Positions 1 to 10,597 of a stretch of 64,000 nt of DNA are shown in pieces (within the stretch, counting starts at the first letter, position 1; every line of letters begins with the position of its first letter). Origin of the DNA: Nitrospiraceae bacterium (GTDB lineage: Bacteria; Nitrospirota; Nitrospiria; Nitrospirales; Nitrospiraceae). The stretch is taken from positions 1 to 64,000 of the forward strand of contig JBFWWG010000012.1 of the NCBI GenBank assembly GCA_050246315.1, read 5' to 3'. The position numbers were made by a program, and so were the translations under genes. The notes beneath the pieces are model-generated. The model saw only the letters and a program-made list of their open reading frames with translations. It was not told where the DNA came from and did not search any database.

Positions 1-1
1 T

Positions 2-409
2 GGACTGGCGAGCCTCCTGTGTACGTTCCCAGATAACCTCCGCGCCGAATCCGTTGGGACGTCTGAGACCGAGAAGCCTGAGCTACAGGGACAGTGGGAG
101 ATCAAGGAGGAAGACAAGTCCTATGTGGCCACTCTGGATCAGAATGGCCATGGGTTCTACACATGGCAGAACGGCGAAATCACCGTCTCCAAATGCCGCA
201 ATCGCCGATGCGAGGGCACCTGGAAACAATCAGGCAATGACCGAGAAGGCGGGTTCGACGTGCTCTTCGGTGACGATGGATCGGAAGCCAAGGGAGTGTG
301 GTGGTATAGCCGTGTCGGTAACAAGAACAACATTCCTCCCAGGCAGTGGGGGGGCCCCTATACGTGGAAACGCGTCGACTCCCCTTCAACATCGCGCACT
401 CCTCGGTAG
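2..409 (+). CDS. Hypothetical secreted/periplasmic protein, 5'-truncated by the window edge
   Basis: Frame is open from nt 2 (GLASLLCTFPDNLRAES...GQWEIKEEDKSYVATLD...GTWKQSGNDREGGF...WWY) to the stop at 409; Trp/Gly-rich beta-type sequence. Confidence 0.6.
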   Translation, partial: GLASLLCTFPDNLRAESVGTSETEKPELQGQWEIKEEDKSYVATLDQNGHGFYTWQNGEITVSKCRNRRCEGTWKQSGNDREGGFDVLFGDDGSEAKGVWWYSRVGNKNNIPPRQWGGPYTWKRVDSPSTSRTPR

Positions 410-990
410 CGACGCCAAGTCCTTTCTCCGGATAGACTGCACAGAGTCTGTCCCTTGGTTGATCGAGCATCCAGCTTCGGTCCTTCATTGACGGGACCAT
501 TCCACCGAAGATCGAGTGCGCTCTGACCGTCAGGATTCCGCCGTCTTATTGACAAGCTACCCATCATTCCCGGCTACTTTGTAGGTATTCTCCTCGCCAT
601 CCAAGCTCTTGCACCTTTTTCGAGATCTTGATCGAAATGGGGCCATACAGCCCTATACTATAAGTCCACATGGATGCATAGCATATTGGACTCTTCGGCC
701 CTGCACAAGTAGGATAGGCCCCCCAAGCTGTTATCTCCCCGATGTGCAGGAACTATGCTATCCAGGCCCTACGGGAGAACGGTCTCGATGGCCATTCGAA
801 GAGTTCAGTCCTCGCCGGTCAAGCCATCTGCCCTGAGACGACATCGCATCGATACCCGTTGTCATCTGAAAGCGGTCTCTGGGACGGAGACGCCGACCTC
901 TGCTGGTCAAACATCGACCGCTGATTCAGAGCCTGTTGAGAAACCGATGCCTCCCAACACAGTCGGATCGCTCGGGGCAGGACAGGCTCG

Positions 991-3900
991 ATGATGTCGC
1001 TTCGGTTGATGAACGTCCTTCTGATTACCGATTCGGCTGAACAGACGACCCGCCTGACGCACGCTCTACGGCGACGCCACGAAGCCTGTCGTATCGAGGC
1101 CATCCGAACGTTGGAGGAAGGGATTGAGTGGGCGGGAAGATTGACATGGGATATCATCCTGCTGGATGCCGACCATGACGCGTTCTCTGGCATCTCCTGC
1201 ATCCACAGCCTGCGCGCGCAGGCTCCCCATGCAGGCCTTCTGCTTCATACTGAACGCTCCGTATTGAGTCCTTTGCAAGCCATACTGAATGGCGCCGACG
1301 CGGTGTTGTTCAGACAATCCACCAATTTTACGGACGAGGTCCTGTCGGCGGCTCAAGAAGTCCTCACCCAAGAGGAGCGACCCGCCACGCGCGGTCCGAC
1401 TCTCAGCCAGTACCTCCATCTCGTAGAGTCCACCGGGTTAGTTCTCTATGAATTGAACACCAGCGGAGCATTTACCTACGTCAGCCCCGGCTTTCATCAA
1501 TGGCTCGGATACGGGAACCAGGAACCCCTAGGCTGTCACTATAGTCAGTTCTTGGATCCGGACTCGCGGCGCTATGCGGAGCAGCGATTTAACGAGCGGC
1601 GCGCAGGTGCACGGGCCACTCGCCGCCTCGATCTCCATCTGTTGCCGAAGTTTCGCAAAGGGGTCCTTCGCACCCGCTTGCACGCCGTGATCAGCGCGAA
1701 GGGCATCTACGCACCCCACCACACATTTCTCGGAACACTGGGAGTCATTCATGCTCGGGTTTCACCTCACCCGGGCCAATCCACGATCGAGCTGCCGGTT
1801 GCACCGGAACCGACCGGACAACCTCCACAACCGGCTCCACCTTGGGAGTATGTCGAGACGTTGTGGCAGCAGATTCACCATTTTCTCGGCAAGCCCAGAG
1901 AAGCCTCATTGAGCGTGGAAGACAGGTCCTTCAGGACTCCTGTCTCCCAGTCGGGGCAAGCTGAAGCGATGAAACCGGAGCCTGTGTCCACCGCCGCGTC
2001 CCCCTCCTTATCCCCCTCCGTGCTTGAGACGGACCCAGTTCCCTCTACACACGAGGCTCAACAACCGGACACCCGCCTCACAACGCCTCGCCAGACAGAA
2101 CTCCCCGCGCTCCAATTACACACCGACATCCGATCCGAACATGAGACGGTCAGCGGGATCACAACCGCCTTGGACGTGGCCGGATTGCAGTTTCACCTCG
2201 CTACGCGGTCCACCAACGTTCCGACCGGCAAGGCCTCAATCCGTCTGGCATCCGACGTGATGTTCCTCCATCTGACCGGGACCATCATGGTGGATGCTGC
2301 TCGCCCGTCGGGGGGTCGTGTCCTGTTCGATCCCATCGAAGAAATCCAGCGAGCCGTATTGCTCTCATTCCTGGAAGCGCTACGAGAGGACCCGAAGGGC
2401 TTGAATGTGGAGATCGTGATCACCGGTGGGACCCACCTTACGTCACTCTCTGAACGCTCACCTCAAACTCCCTGGAAGATCGACCGCGGCGATCGCCGAC
2501 TGAACGTTCGGTTGCCATGCACATGTGCGGCCTTTCTCGCGACTCACAAGGAGACACACCGGAATGGGCCGATCGCTCTCAAGCTCCTGAACATCAGTTT
2601 GGGCGGATGCCGTTTCAGCAGTCCAATGCCGCTTCCCATCAGTCAGGGTTCGCTTCACCTCATCCTCGCACCATTCGACACCACTCCCGCTCATCCTATC
2701 GGAGCGAGTAGATCGGCGCGTGATGTGGTGTATGGATTGGAGAGTCCGGACACCCTGCCCATCACGATCATCTGGGAGCGCCAGCCGGCCACGGAGGCAA
2801 CCGCTCTCGATCGGCAGCCCCACTGGACCTACGGTGCACGATTGGCGCCGATTCCCGATCGGGCTTCCGGAGTCTTTTTCCGGCTGGTGAATCACCAGGC
2901 TCTCTTTGTCATGGAGGACCCCGAGCAACGAATCGCCCGACGTGTTCTGACCGATCTCTTATTCTGCATGAATCCTTACGATCGCAAGATCGCGCTGTAT
3001 CACGACCATGAACCAGGCAGCCGGGCGACTCTGGCTCCACTCGTGATCATCGTGCCCGGGTTCGCCAATCCTAAAGAGGGATATGCGGAACTGGCCTATG
3101 ACCTTGCCTCCCAGGGTATGCAGGTGCTTCGTTATGATTGCACTAACCATATCGGCGAGAGCGATGCCGCCGCCCCACATGCGATGCTGAGCGATATGCT
3201 CCTCGATTTCGTGACCGTGCTCGATTTTGCTGCTGAATTCTGGCCCAGTTGCCCGCTCTTCGTGATCGGCCATGGAATCGGTGGCGGCATCGCGGCTCGA
3301 GGTCTCAAGGACCATCCCCGGCTCGCCGGGCTTCTCCTGCTGCATGCGCCCTTGGACTTGAACCAGGAGCTGCATCGGCTCCAGCATACCGACAACGATC
3401 CGATGCAGATGCACGGACAGGACTTCGACTCGGGAAGCGTCTATGGCATCAACGTCATACCCGGGCCGTTCATCCGTGACGCTATCCTGTCTCGCTTGGC
3501 GGGCAGCCAGGATTTCCTCGACGATCTCGAGCGACTCCGAGCGCCGGTCGGCATTTTTGCACCACTTGAAGAGGCGGCGGCGCACCGGGACCTCCTCGAC
3601 CGTATGCGCGCGACTCTCGGCGAGGCCTGCCGCTTCGTGACCTATCTCGCGGAGCCGATCACCGGCGCGCCCAGACGACCGCTCCATCCGGACAACTGGT
3701 TCGACAGAATCGCACAGTTCTGCCTGGCGGAATCCTCATACGCACTGCGGGCGGACAGGCGGGTTCTCACACCGACGCAGGATCTCCAACGTGAAATAGG
3801 CCTCGAGCAGATGCGGGTCCGGTCTCTCCATCATCGTTCCTCCACCGAGCGGGTCCGTAACTGGACCAACTACGCCATCCACTCGCGCACGCTCCTCAAC

Positions 3901-4623
3901 CTTCCTGATTACTGGAAACTGTTGGAACGATCCTGTCAGTTGCTTGGCCCCCTGGAGGCCACTGGTCGATTGCTGTGCATTGGTGACGTGAGCGGCCACC
4001 TCGGCACACTTCTCTTGACCCATCATGCATTCCGCCATCGAACACTGGGGGCGACCTGGCCGGTCAGCCCGGCATATACGGGTCTCGACTTTTGTGTCGA
4101 TGGGTTGATTCAAAGTCGCCAGATCCTCCTGTCGGTCCTAGGCAACGTCTCACACGAGGCTCCCCGCCCCTGGCCCACAGATCGGTACCGGCAGCCATCC
4201 TTTTGCCTCGGCGATCTCGATGGTCCGCTCCCGCTGGCTGACAACAGCTTTGACGCGGTGTTCTGCCATATCGTCCTCGGACACTTTGCCGACCCGCTGT
4301 CGGCGCTCAGGGAATGCTTACGTGTGTTGCTTCCAGGCGGCCGACTCGTCGTGTTGTGCCTCCACCCCGACGCCAATTTGTTCACTTGGCACCAACATCA
4401 GCTCTCGGGATATGCACCGGGCGCGGGACCGCCGAGCCGCGAGTTGCTCCACGCATATGGCGAAATCCAGCGAAGCTATCTCGAAGGCGCGCTGTGGCGG
4501 TTCACGCACCGTCAGGTGGAACTGCTGCTCGAAACAGCCGGAGGCTGCCTGCCTTCCGTCGAATCCGCTCTGAGCCATCTTTTACATGTCGCCGCGGCCC
4601 AGAAGCCGAATTCCACTGGCTGA
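991..4623 (+). CDS. Multidomain protein: REC-like + PAS + Pro-rich linker + PilZ-like + alpha/beta-hydrolase (LuxD-like) + class I SAM methyltransferase
   Basis: 1210 aa. NVLLITD...WDIILLD (REC); YELNTSGAFTYVS...WLGY (PAS); DRRLNVR...NISLGGC (PilZ RxxxR, N/DxSxxG); IIVPGF...LASQGMQVLRYDCTNHIGES (hydrolase); LPLADNSFDAV...LRECLRVLLPGGRLVV (methyltransferase). Confidence 0.75.
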   Translation: MMSLRLMNVLLITDSAEQTTRLTHALRRRHEACRIEAIRTLEEGIEWAGRLTWDIILLDADHDAFSGISCIHSLRAQAPHAGLLLHTERSVLSPLQAILNGADAVLFRQSTNFTDEVLSAAQEVLTQEERPATRGPTLSQYLHLVESTGLVLYELNTSGAFTYVSPGFHQWLGYGNQEPLGCHYSQFLDPDSRRYAEQRFNERRAGARATRRLDLHLLPKFRKGVLRTRLHAVISAKGIYAPHHTFLGTLGVIHARVSPHPGQSTIELPVAPEPTGQPPQPAPPWEYVETLWQQIHHFLGKPREASLSVEDRSFRTPVSQSGQAEAMKPEPVSTAASPSLSPSVLETDPVPSTHEAQQPDTRLTTPRQTELPALQLHTDIRSEHETVSGITTALDVAGLQFHLATRSTNVPTGKASIRLASDVMFLHLTGTIMVDAARPSGGRVLFDPIEEIQRAVLLSFLEALREDPKGLNVEIVITGGTHLTSLSERSPQTPWKIDRGDRRLNVRLPCTCAAFLATHKETHRNGPIALKLLNISLGGCRFSSPMPLPISQGSLHLILAPFDTTPAHPIGASRSARDVVYGLESPDTLPITIIWERQPATEATALDRQPHWTYGARLAPIPDRASGVFFRLVNHQALFVMEDPEQRIARRVLTDLLFCMNPYDRKIALYHDHEPGSRATLAPLVIIVPGFANPKEGYAELAYDLASQGMQVLRYDCTNHIGESDAAAPHAMLSDMLLDFVTVLDFAAEFWPSCPLFVIGHGIGGGIAARGLKDHPRLAGLLLLHAPLDLNQELHRLQHTDNDPMQMHGQDFDSGSVYGINVIPGPFIRDAILSRLAGSQDFLDDLERLRAPVGIFAPLEEAAAHRDLLDRMRATLGEACRFVTYLAEPITGAPRRPLHPDNWFDRIAQFCLAESSYALRADRRVLTPTQDLQREIGLEQMRVRSLHHRSSTERVRNWTNYAIHSRTLLNLPDYWKLLERSCQLLGPLEATGRLLCIGDVSGHLGTLLLTHHAFRHRTLGATWPVSPAYTGLDFCVDGLIQSRQILLSVLGNVSHEAPRPWPTDRYRQPSFCLGDLDGPLPLADNSFDAVFCHIVLGHFADPLSALRECLRVLLPGGRLVVLCLHPDANLFTWHQHQLSGYAPGAGPPSRELLHAYGEIQRSYLEGALWRFTHRQVELLLETAGGCLPSVESALSHLLHVAAAQKPNSTG

Positions 4624-4758
4624 AAGCGGGACCGCCATGTATACTTCCTCCGGTGCTGAGGTAAAACCCGGAGGGCGTGCGTCGTCCAAAACCCCTCCTC
4701 ATCAGCGACCATCGGTGGACCGCAAAGGTTTCCAACAACCCTCGTCACACCAGCCGGC

Positions 4759-6174
4759 ATGAAGAGACGCATTCTGATCGTTGATGACGAGCCACGGGTC
4801 CGCACCTCGCTCAAAATGGTGCTGGAGCCGACCTACGAAGTACTCCAGGCGGCAGATGCGCAGGAAGGACTGGACCTGTTCAGACGCGAAAGCCCGCACC
4901 TGGTGCTACTCGACGTCATCCTTCCCGGCATGGACGGTCTGGCCGTGCTGGAGAAGCTTCGCGCGGAGGACCGCTCGATCCCCGTCATCATGCTCACCGG
5001 CACCAAGGCCGTGAAAACGGCCGTGGACGCCATGAAGCTCGGGGCCGCCGATTACATCTCGAAACCGTTTGAGATTGACGAGCTCCGCATCATCATTGCC
5101 AAGGCCCTTGACAATCAGGAACTGGAGCGCGAGGTACGGTACCTACGCGCACAGGTTGTTCACCGGTATGCATTTCACAATCTGATCGGGAAGAGCTCGG
5201 CGATGCAGGAGATCTATTCGAAGATCGAGCAGGTGGCCGACAGCCGGACAACGGTGATGATCACCGGAGAGAGCGGCACCGGCAAGGAGTTGGTCGCACG
5301 GGCGCTCCATTACAACAGCGCGCGTCGAGACCGGCCGTTCGTCGCGCTCAACTGCGCGGCGCTGCCCGAGACCCTGATTGAAAGCGAGCTCTTCGGACAT
5401 GAGAAAGGTTCGTTCACCGACGCGACCGCCCGCCGCGTCGGACAGTTCGAACTTGCCCATACAGGCACGTTGTTTCTAGATGAAATCGGCGACTTGAGTC
5501 CCACCACGCAGGCCAAACTCCTTCGGGTTCTTCAGGAGCGTGAATTTACAAGGATCGGAGGCGTGCAACCCATCAAAGTGGATGTCCGGATCGTGGCGGC
5601 CACGAACAAGACCTTGGACGAATTGGTTCGACGAGGCACATTTCGAGAGGATCTGTACTACCGCATCAACGTGATCTCCCTGTACCTGCCGCCGCTTCGA
5701 GAGCGTGGAGAAGACGTCGCGCTGTTGGCCAGCCATTTTCTGACCAAGCGCAATGAGGAGGACAAGCGTCCCGCGCAGGACTTTTCCAAGGAGGCCTTGG
5801 AATTGATCTGCCGGTATCCTTGGCCCGGCAACGTGCGCGAACTGCAAAACGTCATTGAGCAGGCCGTGCTCTGGTCCCAAGGCGCCGCGATCATGCCCGA
5901 CCACCTTCCCGCCTCGCTCAAGTCCGATACGAAATCCGGCACTCTCCGCGAGGATATCCTGTCGGGACGCGTGTCATTGGAAAAGGCCGTCATGGATTTC
6001 GAAAAGGACATCATTCTGGATGCCCTGCGCCGGACCAACTACATTCAGACTCATGCCGCCACACTACTCGGTATCAGCCGTCGCATGCTCAAGTACCGAA
6101 TGGACACCCTCGGCATCTCGCGCCCGGAGACCGTCACTGCCGTGCCCGATCCTCCGTCGATGACTCAGGATTGA
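4759..6174 (+). CDS. NtrC/AtoC-family sigma-54-dependent response regulator
   Basis: N-terminal REC (ILIVDDE...LLDV...YISKP), Walker A GESGTGKE, ESELFGHEKGSFTDA (GAFTGA-like), FREDLYYR, WPGNVREL, C-terminal Fis HTH. Confidence 0.95.
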   Translation: MKRRILIVDDEPRVRTSLKMVLEPTYEVLQAADAQEGLDLFRRESPHLVLLDVILPGMDGLAVLEKLRAEDRSIPVIMLTGTKAVKTAVDAMKLGAADYISKPFEIDELRIIIAKALDNQELEREVRYLRAQVVHRYAFHNLIGKSSAMQEIYSKIEQVADSRTTVMITGESGTGKELVARALHYNSARRDRPFVALNCAALPETLIESELFGHEKGSFTDATARRVGQFELAHTGTLFLDEIGDLSPTTQAKLLRVLQEREFTRIGGVQPIKVDVRIVAATNKTLDELVRRGTFREDLYYRINVISLYLPPLRERGEDVALLASHFLTKRNEEDKRPAQDFSKEALELICRYPWPGNVRELQNVIEQAVLWSQGAAIMPDHLPASLKSDTKSGTLREDILSGRVSLEKAVMDFEKDIILDALRRTNYIQTHAATLLGISRRMLKYRMDTLGISRPETVTAVPDPPSMTQD

Positions 6175-6442
6175 GGCCTCAAACCCCGCTCACATCCTTC
6201 TCACAGCCGACCCACAATCTCTTCACAGGATATTCATCTTTTTCAGAATTATGGCTCGATCTGAATGGACTGTTTCGCACCCATATGTAATGTTGTAAGA
6301 GTGGGACCCCGCAATATATAGTAGATGATCAACGATCCCCTGTCATGGTCCGTCCTCCAAGCTTTCGCTTGTCCACAGTATTCACCGTTCAGGCCCTGTG
6401 AATTGCTTGACATTTTAGGCGATTACCACTACACAGCTACCT

Positions 6443-7582
6443 ATGCCTCTTAATCCAGGCTCCTCGCAGACGGACAAACCTACGATTTTGGTCGTCGACG
6501 ACGAAGCCGGTCCTCGAGACGCCCTCAAAGTTATCCTCCGCCCCTTCTTCAATGTCCAATCGGTCGATTGCGCGCGCGACGCACTTCGCGTTCTCCAGGA
6601 ACATCACATTGATCTCATCACATTGGATCAGAAGCTTCCTGATCGGCAGGGGCTCGATCTCTTGCAGGACATCAAACAGCTCTACCGCGACATCGAAGTG
6701 ATCATCATTACCGGATACGGGAGCTTGAAGTCGGCTATGGATGGCATCCGTCACGGGGCGGCAGGGTACTTGCTCAAACCCTTCAACGTGACCGAGCTCA
6801 TCACACTGATCAACCAAACCTTGGACAAGAAGAAGCGTCTCGATTTTCTGCGCACCTTCATCGCGGAGAGCCAGGCGCTTTGGCAGTCTGAGGATCAGGC
6901 CGCGCAAGCCTGGGTCAGACTACAGGAAAATTATCGCGCCCTGACGAAGACCAAGACCGATGGTCGAATTGGATCGGGGGACTACGCTGATTTGGTGCCA
7001 TTGCTCTCCAGCCTCCTGGAAGCGAAGGACCGCAACCTCTTGAACCATTCCAGCCGTGTCAGCTTTTATGCCACGCTGCTCGGGAACCGTTTGAGCCTGA
7101 CCCCGGCGGAACAGAAATCCCTGGCCCTCGGCTCACTTCTCCATGACCTGGGAATGATCGGGATGGAGGCAGGTCACATTTCGACACCGGACACCGTGCA
7201 GGCGGAACAATTGGGACGCCACACAGAAATCGGCGCCCGCATGGTCCTCTCATTGGGCATCCCGGCCGAGGTTGGACAGATCATTTCATACCATCATGAA
7301 CGGTATGATGGGAAAGGGTTTCCTCACGGGTTGGAAGGAGAAGGCATCCCTCTTCTGGCCCGCATTGTGGGGATCGCCGAGGCGTTCGACCGGATCACCT
7401 TCGACGGCCCCGGTATCGCACCCCTTTCGATCGACGATGCCATCCACTACGTGGTCCAGCAGGCCCATACTCACTTCGATCCGCGCCTCGCGACCATGTT
7501 CGCTCAGGTCATCAGCGAATGTAAGACCTCTCTGCCGGCACTGGCTCTGGCCAACGTTCCTATTTCCACGCCTGATCCGTAA
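6443..7582 (+). CDS. Response regulator with HD-GYP domain (RpfG-like)
   Basis: REC (ILVVDDE...ITLDQ...LLKP) plus HSSRV...LLHDLG...HHERYDGKGFPHGL...IPLLARI. Confidence 0.9.
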   Translation: MPLNPGSSQTDKPTILVVDDEAGPRDALKVILRPFFNVQSVDCARDALRVLQEHHIDLITLDQKLPDRQGLDLLQDIKQLYRDIEVIIITGYGSLKSAMDGIRHGAAGYLLKPFNVTELITLINQTLDKKKRLDFLRTFIAESQALWQSEDQAAQAWVRLQENYRALTKTKTDGRIGSGDYADLVPLLSSLLEAKDRNLLNHSSRVSFYATLLGNRLSLTPAEQKSLALGSLLHDLGMIGMEAGHISTPDTVQAEQLGRHTEIGARMVLSLGIPAEVGQIISYHHERYDGKGFPHGLEGEGIPLLARIVGIAEAFDRITFDGPGIAPLSIDDAIHYVVQQAHTHFDPRLATMFAQVISECKTSLPALALANVPISTPDP

Positions 7583-7590
7583 TCAATCGA

Positions 7591-9282
7591 TCAGTTCGGC
7601 TCGGCCTCTCCACCCTGTCCCAACAATTCTGCCGCCGCCCGACGCATTGCGGCCGTGACCGTCTGGCCTCCCAGCATCTTGGCAATTTCCTCGGACCGCG
7701 CGCGCACATCCAACAGTCGGACCGAGGTTTGTGTCCGTCGATCTCGGGCCTTCTTTTCCACAAGGATGTGTGCATGAGCTTGCGACGCAACCTGCGGCAA
7801 ATGTGTGACGCACAAAACTTGGTGGTAGGCCGCAAGGGCGCGGAGTCGTCGACCGATCGCCTCGGCCGTCGCCCCTCCGACTCCGGCATCGATTTCATCA
7901 AAGATCAGGGTGGGGATCGTATCGTGCGCGGCCAACGCGGTTTTCAGTCCGAGCATGACCCGGGACATCTCCCCGCCCGATGCCACCCGTGCCAGAGGGC
8001 GCAGTGGTTCACCTCTGTTGGCCGAAAAATGGAATTCTGCCCGATCCTGACCAGCCGGACCGAGGGGCTCGTCACCGCCGTTACGTTCGATTTTCACCTG
8101 TAGTCGCGCATGCGGCATCTGGAGTTCCGTGAACTCCCGCTGGAGACGACGTTCAAGGAGTGCGGCCGTGCGCTCACGGGCAACCGACAACTGATCCGCG
8201 AGCCGGCGAACTTCTTGAAATGCCAGCAGTTCTGCCTCCTGCAGATCCTGGAGCCGGTGTTGAGAATGGTCCAAGAGGGAGAGGGTTGCCGAGAGTTCGT
8301 CGCCCTTTCGGCGCACCTCTGCCAGCGTCCCGCCGTATCTTTTCTTCAACCGCTCGAGCAAAGCCATCCGGTCTTCCGCTTCGGCCAATTTCGATGGATC
8401 GGCCGCAATCCGGTCTCGATACCGCCGGATCTCCTCGGCCATGTCCCGTAACTTGACTTCCACCGTACGGATCTCAGACAGCCACTCCGCACTCGCCCGG
8501 TCGATCCCGGTCAGGTCCTGCATTTGCCGCTCGACCATCGCCAGTTGTGCCAACACCGCCCCGTCGTTCTGATACAGGATGTGATACACCGCATCGGATA
8601 GATGCTGGAGCTTGTCCGCATGACGAAGCCGTTGGAGCTCTTCATGCAACTGTTGATCTTCATCCGCCGTCGGAGCTGCATCCTGAATTTCCTTCCACTG
8701 AAACCGCAACAGGTCCTCCCGTTGCCGGAGATCCTGGGCCTGGGTCTCGGCTTCCGTCACTGCCCGACGCGCCAGACGCCATCGCTCGAAGGCCCGCTCA
8801 TACTGTCCACGGAGTTCATCGTGAGATCCAAAGGCATCCACTGCGGCCAGTTGCACGGCGGGTCGCAACAGGGACTGTTGTTCGTGCTGCCCGTGAATAT
8901 CCACGAGCACCCCGGATAGTTGCTCCAGGCACTGAAGCGGGACCAGGCGCGTATTCACATAGGTCCGGCTTCGGCCAGATCGGGAGAGGACGCGGCGGAC
9001 GATCAGCTCCGACTCCTGAGAACCGAGCAGATCGAGAGCACGAAGATGTTGAAGCGCCGGATGTGGGTCGGAGAAGGAAAAGGCGGCTTCGAGCTCCGCC
9101 TCATCCGATCCGGTTCGGATAAGGTCCGCGGCCGCCCGCTGGCCGAGCAAGAGAGAGATGGCATCAATCAGCAGGGACTTGCCGGCCCCAGTTTCGCCGG
9201 TCAGCACGACAAATCCAGACGGAACGGTGAGCTGGAGTTGCTCGATCAGCGCAAAGTTGGCAACTCGCAACTCGCTGAGCAT
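7591..9282 (-). CDS. recN: DNA repair protein RecN
   Basis: 563 aa; TGETGAGKS, DIHGQHEQQSL, ASGGEMSR, LIFDEIDAG, VTHLPQVA. Confidence 0.97.
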   Translation of the reverse strand: MLSELRVANFALIEQLQLTVPSGFVVLTGETGAGKSLLIDAISLLLGQRAAADLIRTGSDEAELEAAFSFSDPHPALQHLRALDLLGSQESELIVRRVLSRSGRSRTYVNTRLVPLQCLEQLSGVLVDIHGQHEQQSLLRPAVQLAAVDAFGSHDELRGQYERAFERWRLARRAVTEAETQAQDLRQREDLLRFQWKEIQDAAPTADEDQQLHEELQRLRHADKLQHLSDAVYHILYQNDGAVLAQLAMVERQMQDLTGIDRASAEWLSEIRTVEVKLRDMAEEIRRYRDRIAADPSKLAEAEDRMALLERLKKRYGGTLAEVRRKGDELSATLSLLDHSQHRLQDLQEAELLAFQEVRRLADQLSVARERTAALLERRLQREFTELQMPHARLQVKIERNGGDEPLGPAGQDRAEFHFSANRGEPLRPLARVASGGEMSRVMLGLKTALAAHDTIPTLIFDEIDAGVGGATAEAIGRRLRALAAYHQVLCVTHLPQVASQAHAHILVEKKARDRRTQTSVRLLDVRARSEEIAKMLGGQTVTAAMRRAAAELLGQGGEAEPN

Positions 9283-9313
9283 GACCCCGTTGAGGGTGAA
9301 CCGAGACGAGCGG

Positions 9314-9661
9314 TCAGGTGGTCGCGGAGGGCTTGGCCAGCAACCCGTCGATGACGTCCTTAAACTGCCGCTTGGGACGGGCGCCGACCAGGCGCTCGGC
9401 CAATTGGCCGTTCTTGAAAAACAGAATGGTCGGAATGCTCATGATCTGATAGCGACCCGCAATTTCCGGATTCTCATCTGTGTTCAGCTTTCGTACCCGA
9501 ACTCGACCGGCGTACTCCTGAGCCAACTCATCGACGATCGGCGCCACCATCTGGCAGGGGCCGCACCAAACCGCCCAAAAATCGACCATGACGAGTTCCG
9601 GCGCGTTAACGACTTCGGCTTCCCAATTCTTATCATCGACTTTCAGCGCTAAACCAGACAC
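9314..9661 (-). CDS. trxA: Thioredoxin
   Basis: VDFWAVWCGPC...SIPT; GTG start at 9661 after an AAGGAGG RBS. Confidence 0.95.
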   Translation of the reverse strand: MSGLALKVDDKNWEAEVVNAPELVMVDFWAVWCGPCQMVAPIVDELAQEYAGRVRVRKLNTDENPEIAGRYQIMSIPTILFFKNGQLAERLVGARPKRQFKDVIDGLLAKPSATT

Positions 9662-9936
9662 CGGATGGCCTCCTTCGGTTAGGACGGTCGTCTTGCGCTC
9701 CAGACCTCCACACTGGTGCGTGTGAGCCAGGCGCTCTTCCATCGTAATCTGCCCGTCCCTCGGCTGTCAACGGTGACGAGGACGCCCGCGCGACCACAGG
9801 GCACCCTCCAGGCGTGCTCAGATCGAGGATGGAAGGCAGGCTGACCTCGACTTCCTCTCTCACTCTGTCGCGACGACGAATCCTGACGCCCATCGCGCTT
9901 CCGTACCTTGGGCGAAGGCCAATGCCCTCCTGCCTC

Positions 9937-10476
9937 TTACGGTGATGAACCGTCCCACCGCCACGCCTCAGGAGCGGATCGCCACCAATCCTGCGGGTGC
10001 GCGCGCCTCCAGGCCGTTTGTTCCTCCCATAGGCGCCTGACTTCCGTGGCATCCAACCGCGAGGCCATTGCAGCCGTGATGTCGGATTGTTTCTGGACGC
10101 TCGTATGGATCAGCTCCTTCGCCACTCGGGCCAGGATGTCGGGAGGATCCAACAACTGCTCGGGCCGGTCGCCGGCGAGGCTGAGCGCGAGTTGCTCGAC
10201 GCCGACCCACTGGTCCTTTTTGGCCAGATCCTCCAAATAGGCATCCAATGCATGATAGACGTAGGCGAGGTAGACGTAGCTCGCCACTGAGGGCTGCGCG
10301 CGCACCTCCTCCAGGCAGGCATCGATCGCGCGACGATAGTCCGCGGCGGCAAGGAAGACACGGGCGTGGCGGAGTTGAAGATGCGGGGGAATCGGCTCCG
10401 CAGGTGTTGTTGCTCCCTTCACGCTCGAACAGGCAGCACAGAGCAACAGAACCGCTCCCAGCGCCATTCGGCCCAT
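9937..10476 (-). CDS. Hypothetical lipoprotein with TPR-like helix pair
   Basis: GAGGAGG RBS before ATG 10476; hydrophobic signal with lipobox-like LCAAC; helical body. Confidence 0.7.
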   Translation of the reverse strand: MGRMALGAVLLLCAACSSVKGATTPAEPIPPHLQLRHARVFLAAADYRRAIDACLEEVRAQPSVASYVYLAYVYHALDAYLEDLAKKDQWVGVEQLALSLAGDRPEQLLDPPDILARVAKELIHTSVQKQSDITAAMASRLDATEVRRLWEEQTAWRRAHPQDWWRSAPEAWRWDGSSP

Positions 10477-10597
10477 CGTCCACCTCCTCGTCCCGAGACA
10501 CAATGTCATGCGACGGTACGACGCCTTGCGGCGTGCGACTCACCTTGTGACAGCCAGCAGGTACTCCCTTAGGTGTTCAGTCGGACCGCCACGTCGG

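Noticed and set aside
6391..6407. Possible sigma-54 promoter AGGCCCTGTGAATTGCT
   Set aside because: GG-to-GC spacing is 11 nt rather than the required 10.
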